The position numbers and the translations under genes were made by a program. Shown piece by piece: positions 1-9,860 of a stretch of 64,000 nt of DNA. Origin of the DNA: Amoebophrya sp. A120 (Eukaryota > Protista > Dinoflagellata); NCBI GenBank assembly GCA_905178155.1, contig CAJINV010000002.1, positions 5,575,709-5,639,708 of the forward strand. The letters run 5' to 3'. Under the pieces are notes generated by a model. That model was not told where the DNA came from and made no database searches. It saw only the letters and a program-made list of their open reading frames with translations. How positions within the stretch are numbered: position 1 is the first letter of the stretch; every line of letters begins with the position of its first letter.

Positions 1-2400
1 GTATTCGCATAGAAATACAGCACCTGGAAGGGCCACTCAAGAACTTCTACGGATGTACTCTTAGTACTATCCGCAAGGCAAGTTCTTGCGTCGCGATCAC
101 GAAGAACTGAGTGCATGACTTCGACCCACCTGTCGTAGCTGCTCCTGCCTTAGCGTTGCAGTGCCGGTCCACGTGGAGCTGCACTTCCACCACTAGCACT
201 ACTTCAGTCCGCATGAATTATACAAATTCGAGAACGGCCGGGCAAGAACGCTCTGTTGACTTTTTACATTGTATACCTCGGTGGTCAAGCACGGCCGCTA
301 TCGTCTGATCCGTCGTACAGGTGGACCTGTTGCGACCAACGGCTGCAGGCTCAACAAGTGCTCCTTCCGCACCGTCTTCGCCTCGGCCCGTCCATGTCGC
401 GCTGCTAGAAGCTGCAACCTCTGGCCGCCGCGAAGAGAAAACATTCGCACGTAGCGCCAGGGCGAGGCTCTTCGGAGAGACCGTGCGACTTCTGCGTTGT
501 TCCTCCGGGTTGTAGTTGTATCTCTTACTTTCGGTGGTGTCGCGCGGAGACGTGGCAGGAAGAACGTCATCTCCCTCCGCTCCTGACCGCGCCAGACGGG
601 GGGGAAAATTAGACTGCTCGTTTGGTTGCTCACAACACCCGGGCCGACCCTGCGTTTTTGTCGCGCCGCTACTTGTAGGACCCGTACCCACCAAAGCGTC
701 TGAGATGGCCTCGAACAGCTCCTGGACACTGTCGGTGGGAGGCGCAACTGAGGATTCCTCCGTGGCAGCTTTTACGTTATTTTCACCGTCGAGGACAAAA
801 CTCCGACCAGGACCAGGAGCACGCTCCTCGTCATGCTCAGCTCTGCCGCTTTTACCACCGGTTCCGCTCCTTCCCCCACCAGCCGTGTTGAGGCAGTCCA
901 CCCGCGTGAACGCATTCGCTAGCAGGCCCAGATTCCGACTGTCCAGCGATGACACATGGTTTTCCTGGTCCTCTGACGATTTTATTCCCGTCCGGGAAGC
1001 AGGGTTCGCGGCGTCTTTTTTCACCCTCGCAGCGCACTTCCTGGCGAATTCAGACCAGAAACTGCTGGTGCTGCTTCCCCTTGGAGATGGTGCGCGTAGG
1101 GTTGCAGTGCTTGCGTCTCCTGCTCTCGCGGTTGGAGGGGCGCGCGACTGCGGCACCACCATGGCGCAACCAAAAGATGTTGAACTCGGGGGAACATTTT
1201 TCGGAGCGTAGTGAGACAAAGCGTTCGCGATGAAAGCCAGATCGGACACTGGCAAGCTATCGGCACATATCAAATGTAAAAATGTCTGGGTCTGGAAGAT
1301 TCTGAAACTTGTCATGCACGTTTTGCATGGGCCACGATGTCTGTGATGCATACCCTCGCATCACAGACTTTTTGAGGGCTTCGTGATACCTATTCCGCAT
1401 GACAAATGCCCTCTCCGCGTAGCCAAAATTGCATTCCCTTTGCTGGTCATGCAATACAGATTTTTTTAGAATCCAAATGCAGCATCACAAGTTCGGATTC
1501 TTCCAGACCCAGACATTTTTACACTTGATAGCACACTGCAGCACCCGGGTCTGAAGCTGGTCCACTATTGTGAGGAAAAACTATCTCAGAAGTCTCAACT
1601 TGTAATGCGAAACTTGTTCCTCGAGACAGTTTTTTCTCAAGCTCGACATGCGAGACAGTCCTCCTTCGTAAGTGTTTTTGCTTGTGTCGCACTTAGCACA
1701 GGTGAGCAAATTTGAATGGCTGAATCTGCAAAGGTTTGAGACTGAGACAATTTTTTCGTACGATATCCACGGAGAACGTTCGACGCCTAATGGCTGAGGG
1801 GTATGGAAAGAAAAGCGCTATTTGTTTCTGTCACTTTGTATTTTGCAGATGCCGCAGATGCAGCAGCAGCTTTTCGTTTTGCATAATAAATTTTTCTGGC
1901 AGCAAAATTGTACTGCAGAAATACGAGGGAAGGGTCACGTGTAAAGCTTCAGCTTTTTTGTATGCATTATTACGCATTAAAAACATTGTTTCATTGCAAA
2001 ATTGCCAATGAGTGCTCGTGACAAACTTATTTTGTCTGATAACAGGAGGAAGCTATCCGGGAGAAAAACTGTGTGAAGAAAAGTTCAAATTAAACAAATA
2101 TCACTTATCCTGCCAAGCGTCCAGTAGCAGTAGCTCAAGGCTCTTTATTTTGTTTGAGTCGCGATCAAGACAATGGAGAATTCTAATTGCGTTTGCGACA
2201 CACAATCTGCGAACAAAACGTTTCTGCTGTCGAACCGAACAAAAAAAATTGCGATGCTAGAGTACTGGAATTTACTATAACACAGTTTTTTCCTTGGATA
2301 GAAGGACGCTTGCTTGTCCATTGTCTGCATTACCGCTACTCGTCCGGGAAGCAAACGGCCATATTGGGCGAAGAAAGCTCGTCAGATTGTTTTGGAAAGA
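1..2400 (-). CDS. Spliced helical-repeat (HPR/RAP-like) putative RNA-binding protein; runs off window start, 5' end approximate
   Basis: Removing IEs 1566-1765 and 1268-1530 joins ...SAIRRRTFSVDQLQTRVLQCADSLPVSDLAFIANALSHY...; DLAFIANALS and NLGLLANAFT resemble alveolate HPR/RAP repeats. Confidence 0.5.
1268..1530. mobile_element. IE family A non-canonical intron (263 bp)
   Basis: TIR TATCAAATGTAAAAATGTCTGGGTCTGGAAGA / TCTTCCAGACCCAGACATTTTTACACTTGATA; DR GCACA; in-frame join. Confidence 0.92.
1566..1765. mobile_element. IE intron (200 bp), related to 57207-57400 and 63022-63220 in reverse orientation
   Basis: TATTGTGAGGAAAAA...TTTTTTCGTACGATA; DR TCCAC; in-frame join. Confidence 0.85.
2054..2300. 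mobile_element. IE family E-like, degenerate
   Basis: TATCCGGGAGAAAAACTGTG...CACAGTTTTTTCCTTGGATA; DR GAAGC/GAAGG. Confidence 0.7.
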
Positions 2401-3675
2401 GGCACAAACGCAAACCAAGCGACGCGGTTTTCCTTCGCTAGCCGATTGAAGCCGAGCCCGATCCGCCATAAGACGAACAGCTAAAAAAACTGCTGCAGCC
2501 GTCTACGCTGGCTCGGAGTCGGCCGCCCCCTGCCTGCATTCCTCCCCGACCGCTTCAAACCCCAAGTGACGTGGTACACAAAACGGGCTGGACAGGACAT
2601 GAACCTGATGGGCTTGCTGTGAGAGGGCTCCTGCTGATGTCATAATTCGCCGCATGCTGAGTCTGGATTGTCTCGTTTTGTCGATGTGGAGATGCAGCAG
2701 GAGGTACTACAAAAAATACAGGTTTTCACTTAGTCATAACGACCTCGCGTTCGCAGCCTACAGTTCCTATCAGGTGTCACAAGCAACAGAGACTGTGCTA
2801 CCAGCAGCCCCAGTAAGTCGTACGTGCAGCTGACAATCATACACAAGCTCGCGGGCTGCAACCAATAGTACGCGGATGAAAAAGGATGGCGCTTGATCTT
2901 CTGCACAACAGGCGAATGATCAACGTTTCGTCGACAAAGAAGATCCGCAATCGAACCTGACTACAGTTTCTAAAAACACAGTCTCCGTTCTGCTACACGA
3001 AGACGCATGATCATCGACATAATTCGTCAAGTGGCAATAAAGTACTAGTGATTTTCTAGATTGGTATACACGACGGAAAACAAAAAACACATGGCAGGAT
3101 GTTGAGGATCATTTTGAACTCAGCTCGCTGATGATCATCGTGGCGCAGATCCGGTTCAGAGAGAAGCGCAGGCGAGAGAGAACCTCGCCTCTTCCTGTAG
3201 ACGCAAGTTAGCGCTTGTCACGACCTGTGTCCAACACTAGCAGGTTTTCCATGACCCGTGAGGTCTGGAATGCGGAACCTAGCATGACAGACTCTGTGAG
3301 GTCTCTGTCCTGCCTATCCTGCATTAGAAACTCTCTCCCAACTTGGTCGAAAGTAGTGGACAGCTTTTGGCACTCATGCAACACAGACTTTTGCATGATT
3401 CGGATTTAGCATGACAAGTTGCATCACAACCCCAGCACTGATCAGCATCACAAATTTTCCGAGCTGACTAGCTCAAATTTGTGGCGCAGAGGAGCCCAAT
3501 AGCAGGCGGATCTGTTATGCAGAAGATGATACCTTGCACGCCTAGGCTCTGCATCAGAAAGGCTCATAGTCATAGTCCTTCCATGCAAGACAAAATGCTT
3601 TCATTTGCAAACTTTGCATGAGAAACAGAAAGTTTTGCAAAAAATTCCATGGTGCGGACATTTGTCACTGTCATA

Positions 3676-4366
3676 GCTGCAGCGATTACTCCGGCTGGTC
3701 AACTCGCTGTCCGACTGCACGGAGTTTCACGTGGCGAGCAAATTTCTGCGGATTCTGAACCTGTCCCACAAGTGCGGGGCGCGAGACTTGGAGCAGTTGC
3801 GGGAGGTTTTGCCCGCGGAAGTGCCAAAGTCCCGGCTGGATGTGCTGTTTCTCTGGCAGGACTATTTGAATAATTTGATGGCCATGTTGGTGCCCAGGTG
3901 CAAGAACTACGCGCGCACGCACGTGAAACTGAACGACCAGCAGGTATGGCGTTCTTAAACGTTACATTCTCAACTGTTACATGATTTGTCATGCGAAATT
4001 AGCATCAACATCCGATCCACACAGGGAAGCTACTTCGCATGACAAATTTTGGAAAGGCTAAACAGCACCTAATTTGTGCGGAATTTGTCATGCTAAAGGT
4101 GCAGCCTCCCTTCTTTGACTTTTGCCATTCTTGCATTACAGTTGAGAGTGTAACATTTGAGAACGCCATAGCAGGAGGTGCTGTCGCTGGAGATTCTTCT
4201 GTCGCTCCACCTCATCTCGCACCTTCTGCCCATGTTTTCCTACGCGAAGTACTACTTGGTCCACCTCCAGTGCCTCAATCTGGTTTTCTACCAGTTTTTC
4301 CGCCCGGCGATTGACAACTTCATCGAGTTCTTTACAATTCACGAACCGATTGATTCTCTAGTTTGA
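3676..4366 (+). CDS. 3' exons of a plus-strand hypothetical protein (upstream exons not resolved)
   Basis: LQRLLRLVNSL...KLNDQQ joins EVLSLEILL...IDSLV* after removal of IE 3945-4170. Confidence 0.65.
3945..4170. mobile_element. IE family H intron (226 bp)
   Basis: TIR TATGGCGTTCT..AACGTTACATTCTCAACTGT / ACAGTTGAGAGTGTAACATTTGAGAACGCCATA; DR GCAGG. Confidence 0.9.
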
Positions 4367-5753
4367 TTTGATTTCCGTAGCAGCAAGAGCAAACAGCTTT
4401 ATTATCCGTAGCAATAGTAATAGGTCGATATAAAAGTACTTACTCACTCGAGAAGCAGAACAGAGTTCGTATTTCCAACGCGAATTATCCTACGATCGTT
4501 TTGTTGTATATGCAGGTCGAGAAGTATCTGGTGCCAGCGCAGGGTTTCTAGACAAGGACCAAGACAGTAAAAGTCTCTATCTATAATTTGTATTTCTGCG
4601 AATCAGCTGCTACGTGTTCAAGGTAGGATCTGTCGCAGCGTAATATCGCAGGCTGCAAGCAGCACTTGCCGTACTCTAATTACTTTCACCTTTTCTATTT
4701 CAAAATCGTTGCCAGCAGGTATTCGTCTCGTCCCCATAAAATCGTTCTGCGTGTTTGTGCTACTGGTCGTCCCTGAAAAATATTAAAGTTGCCCGTACTA
4801 TCCATCATCGTGGCGCAGATCCGGTTCAGAGAGAAGCGCAGGTAAGGTCTGAGAATGAAGTGCGTGATGTACAACTACCCGCATATTTACAGCACGTCTT
4901 CTACTTCCGCTTCTTCTGTCCTCTACACCTACCGAGAGATGAATTATCAGAACTAGTTTTGTAAAACGCAGACATCTTCACTCCACATCAGCACTTGAAG
5001 ATGAATGAGGGGAACGATTCACGAAGAACTGGAGGTTATGTGCGGGTGCGGCGATCAAGATGTTGAACATGACAATGAAATGCTATTTGCCGTTTGCGTT
5101 GCCCCTCGATGAACTCGAAAGCACAAAAAACACCCTGTCGCCAGGAGTACCTGACCTGGGCGCCGAGGCCTCTGCATCCTCCTCGTGCGTCATATTTTTG
5201 TATTTGCTTGGAATAATTGCCTTTGCAGGAGCTTCCAGATGGCTTCAGCGTTTACACGATTCATTCTTGTACCGAGGTACTACTTAGAGTTGCCCAGTGG
5301 ATCTTCACCCACCACTACTAGAGTTTTCTCTTTCCGTATGATTGGAACGAATTTTCAGGGTGGCTGGTGGTGCCCCTTCGATATTTACAAAAAATAAAAA
5401 AAAACAACAACTCCTTACATACGATTAAACATGTCTGCGTCTAGATCAAAGCATACGATTTGTCGTGTTACGTCTTGCATCTTGACAGAGTACTAGTACA
5501 ACAGCAGCAGCATTTTTTTGTACCGCATAGAAATGCTCGTGAAAACAAACACATGCACCATGACTGGCGTACTGAAGTCCGTCATAGATGATGCCTTGCG
5601 TACTAAGCCTCTGCTTCTGGTTCTTTATTTGTATTTCTCGAAAGCTCGTCTTTACATGAAGACCGACACGAATCCGCTCTTGCAAAGAGGTCCGCACTTT
5701 TTCCTCGTTAGTCCTCGTCAGTAAGCAGTTTTTCTTCTTCGATAAAGAACGTC

Positions 5754-6028
5754 CATCAACTGCAAACATGTCTCGGTCTGAAAGTTACAAGACTTCATGA
5801 TGCTTGTCCTCTGAGATGGCAGTAGAAATTATTGTCATGCGCGTTGCGCATGAGCGTCGCTCGTTTGTATTGCAATAAAGATGGACTTTCTCATGCGGAA
5901 GACGCTACACATCAAAACTCGACAACATCTTGTCATGCGTTGCTGCCTATTGTATTCTGTGTACTTATCATCTTCCACGCGGTCGTCGCTTGACACCTTT
6001 CTAGACCCAGACATACTTGCAATCCATA
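5754..6028. mobile_element. Degenerate IE family A
   Basis: Decayed A ends (CATCAACTGCAAACATGTCTCGGTCTG / CTAGACCCAGACATACTTGCAATCCATA); no clear DR. Confidence 0.6.
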
Positions 6029-6301
6029 AATCTGTCCCAAATAACGATCAAAGTGCTGGTGTGGCAGTGACCAGCGACACGACCGTGGGAAGAAAACGTA
6101 CTATAATTATAGTTTAGTATGCCTTCTGTTCATCTCTTTCGGTATTCTTTCCTGCCGCAATTTGTCAATCTTTACTTTGCATTTCGTTTGCAAGAAAATG
6201 AAAATTAATACTAAAAAAATGCGGGTCGCAATGATTTTGAGAATCTTCAATATGCGGAAACTCCGTCGTCCCACTGCCGGTGTCGCGGGTGGAGCACCGT
6301 T

Positions 6302-8700
6302 TTACGTTGCCCCACCTGCTGAGTCCGGTCGTGGTCTGCGATCAGCGAACATGGATTTCTCGTTGGTACAGCAACAGCTGCAGTGATGAAGCATAAAGTT
6401 TCGACAACACAGGTCCAAATTGCACCATTTAGAGCTCCAACATTCTTGGCAACGACAACGAGTAATATGAAAGCATTTACAGACTTTTGTCGACGCACAA
6501 GCCCGCCGCATTGGACAGCAGACGAAACAAAATACGACTAAAAAGGTGACAACTGAGAGGATGATTATACAAATAACGAGTACTATGGGGTCAGTCACCA
6601 CAGGAAACCCGGACGGAAAATCGTATACATCAAATTCGGGTACATATTTTGCGTGGGCGAGGGAGTCAAGCAAATACGCCACAAGTAGTCCCCCTATAAC
6701 GAGCTTAAAAAAGAACCACCCACAAAACTCAATATAACCATTATCCTGATCCTTGTTCTCTCGCTGATCCATGGTCGGACATTATTCTGCAGAAAAGCGC
6801 CCCTCCCTTGCCGTATGCCAAATTATTTGTGGCGCGTCTGTAGTTGCTCTGTTGCTGAGCCAGACAGTGAGGTGGTTTGTGAGACTTAAAGTCGGGAAGA
6901 CCACAGCAATCATGCGACTGCTCCGAAGGAGAAAAACAATCTTCTGCTGGCAACACGAGATCAATCAACGCCTGACAAGTAATTTCGAATACCACATGCG
7001 GTGGAGTAGTACCCTGTTCTGCAGCATAGACAGCAAAGCATGAAGCAAATATCGCCAAAGAAGCATCTGCACCACCTGCCGCACTTCCCACCTGCTGCTA
7101 CCGCACCTGCACCCCCTGCAGCAACTGCACCACCTACTGCTGCTGCATTATTTTTCGAGTCTCCCATGCATTCCGTACAGCACCCGTCATACCGATCCTC
7201 TTGAAAAGCCGTCCATGTCATTATATGGCTCAGACTAGAGAGAACCCCAGCTGGCGTTTTTAGAAGTGCACACTACGTCTGCGGTAGACGTAAGTTTGGC
7301 TTTGCTTTTGCCGGGAAAAAGCCGCAATTACCTTTGTGAGGCTGCATCTTCATCACAGAGCCGGCCTCTGCCTCTCGCTGCCCTAGGGTTTTGGTTCTGC
7401 CGGGGCGATGAATTTCCACACATCATTGCCTAAGCCTCGTCTCTGGACCAGCTTCAACACAAGGACAAAGCACATTCAGCTCCTGCAAATTATGTCGAGT
7501 TTTGATTTTCATGACAAGTATGCCGGGACGGACAAAGACGCCATAAAGAGGATAATCTTTGCAGCAGTTCCCCTCGTTGCAGCAGTTCCGCTTGCCGCAG
7601 CAGTTACACTTTGCGCAGCATTCATCCAGCCACGCGCATTTGCAGCACTCCCCATTTCCTTCGTTGTTTTTTTGCACCGGCAGATCGCGTCGCGCCGGGG
7701 TAACTGGGCCTACGCGATTCTCCATCGGCGGTCGTTGTCCGGGCGGCACCGCAGCTCCTTCAGCCGCCGAATAATCCTCCCCCCAATCCGCCCAATCCTC
7801 GGCGCGCTGCATGGGAGTGTCAAAATTGAGACCGCCAAAGTTGATATAACTTGTAATGCAGAAAATGGATGAAAGTTGTGACCCAGTTTCTAAGTGGCGC
7901 ATGACAAATTTGGGTAGAACCGAGATCCAGTTTGTCATGCTGTTTGGGTAAGGCATACGCCTTTTGTCATGCTACTTTAGCAGCTCAGTTTCTACCCCTC
8001 AACAGGCTTACAGTCTGCCTCACTTGCCTCCTCTGCAAGACAGGCACTCTGCGGGCTGAATTTTACGCATGACAAACTATTTCAACTGTGACGATTTCAA
8101 TCCTGACGCTTCCATACGCTGCACGTACCTGTCAAAGTACTTCACTTCTTCACGTTTCACTTTCCCTTTCTCCTTCATTGTCTCGACCCAGTTCCAGAGG
8201 CCCTCTGGCACGCCCTCCAGTCCGTTTTCGCGAATCCAATTCGCCCATGCCACTAGCGTCCATTATCCAACATCAAAAAAGTTCGTCACAATCACGCATT
8301 GGTATTTTTGCAAAACGTCGGACATGCGTACTTAAGAATGCATGTTCACATTGCAGCTATGCGTAATCTGCTTCCGACTTGTGGTTGTACTAGTCGTGCT
8401 TCTGCAATACAAGAGAAAGCTGCTTTAGCAGAAAGAGGTCCTCTCGTGTCCGGCAAAAAACAAGTGTGACAAACACAAACTTTTTTCTTTTCATAAATAT
8501 CCCCTGTACTTCGGTTTGGGTCGCCGTTTCCTTTTCCCGCTGCTCCTCCGCTTATCCGGTCTCTTCTCGCGTCCCCCAGTTTTGGCCGGGAAAGATCGGT
8601 CCCCCATCTCCCCAAATAATTCAACCTTTCTTCATTGCAGTCTATGTCATCTGGGTCTCGATTTATTTGATGTGATGTCGTAGGACGTGCAGCACAGCAA
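6302..8700 (-). CDS. Spliced Cys-rich membrane protein (boundaries approximate; may belong to a larger gene)
   Basis: ORFs 6302-6772, 6961-7221 and 7423-7956 contain CC-rich tracts and hydrophobic TM segments; IE 7810-8116 removal joins KYFDRYVQ|RAEDWADW. Confidence 0.5.
7810..8116. mobile_element. IE family F intron (307 bp)
   Basis: Ends CATGGGAGTGTCAAAATTG / TTCAATCCTGACGCTTCCATA, like 51421-51827; DR CGCTG; in-frame join. Confidence 0.85.
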
Positions 8701-9128
8701 GATCTGTGATGCATTAAGAGGCTTCACGAATTTGCTATGTTATGTAATGCGCAACCAGACTCACTCATGCCGTCGCAAAATACTTCGAAAAAATTGTCAT
8801 GTTGCGCAGGTGTCGTACAGAACCGGAGCCGGACCGCTTTTTCATGAAGAGCTCAGCAATCATAGTATCAGTGCATCATATTTCCAGGCCCAGACACAGA
8901 CACACTTTCAATGGACAGTACGTCCGTAGTACGCAATTTATTAAAACTAGTCATCATGCGCAGTTTCAACATAAAAAAGTTTGCTGCAGTGCAGCTACCC
9001 ACGACGGCTACTGCGCTCTGCATGGTTTCCTTTCAGCTTCTGCCATCATGACATTGACACATCAATCATATTACTTTCTTGTGTACACACACCATCCTAG
9101 TAGACAAATTTGTTCTGCGTAGGAGGTA

Positions 9129-9404
9129 TATCAAATGCAAATGTGTCTGAGTCTGGAAGACTGCAGGTGTTTGTCATGCAGATTTTGGATGCCCCGCAAG
9201 GACTGAATCTGAAATGCTGGGCTTAGCATCACAGGCGGTGTAAAAGCTTTCCAATTCATATATGCCGCATGATGAGAAATACCGGTATAGTGTAGCCAAA
9301 AGTGGGCAGCTTGTGCTACCCGCGCCAGACAAATTTTGTGTAATCTACAGGACGTGCTGTCACAAATTGCCATCTTCCAGACCCAGACATATTTGCAGTG
9401 GGTA
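9129..9404. mobile_element. Degenerate IE family A
   Basis: TATCAAATGCAAATGTGTCTGAGTCTGGAAGA...CTTCCAGACCCAGACATATTTGCAGTGGGTA; DR decayed. Confidence 0.7.
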
Positions 9405-9860
9405 GAGATGGGGGCCGCGGTTTTCTTCTTGATAATTTTCGATCTTCTCTCTGGATTTTTCCCCAATATCACACAGAAAAAAAGCCAGTGTATCATGCAT
9501 GCAACGAATAAACGGATGAGTAGATGATCTCTCTTGCTCTTCAAGGGGATGATCCCCATACATAGCATGTTGTAACTGCTTTAGCTAGTAAGTACGCAAG
9601 AGGACCGACCTACCTGTGCTGACAAAGCTAGACTTTTTCCCTGGCGTAATACTTTTCTTCCCTTCTGAAGGTTGTGGCTTGCCGTATCTGTCGCGCAGGT
9701 GCTGTATGATAACGTTTTAACAAATTTCAACCTTCTTCTGGTCCGCATCCGCGAACGCGGTCGTAGCCATGTTAACTCTTTCACGCTGAAGTACTACATG
9801 CGTCCCAGAAAGTAGAGCGCAGCGTTTTTTGGCTGATGAAGACAGAACTAGGGCTAGGAA

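Noticed and set aside
1802-2041. Further probable old IEs (also ~8264-8495, ~8660-8900 and ~13572-13821)
   Set aside because: Ends and DRs are too decayed to fix boundaries, so they are not listed as features
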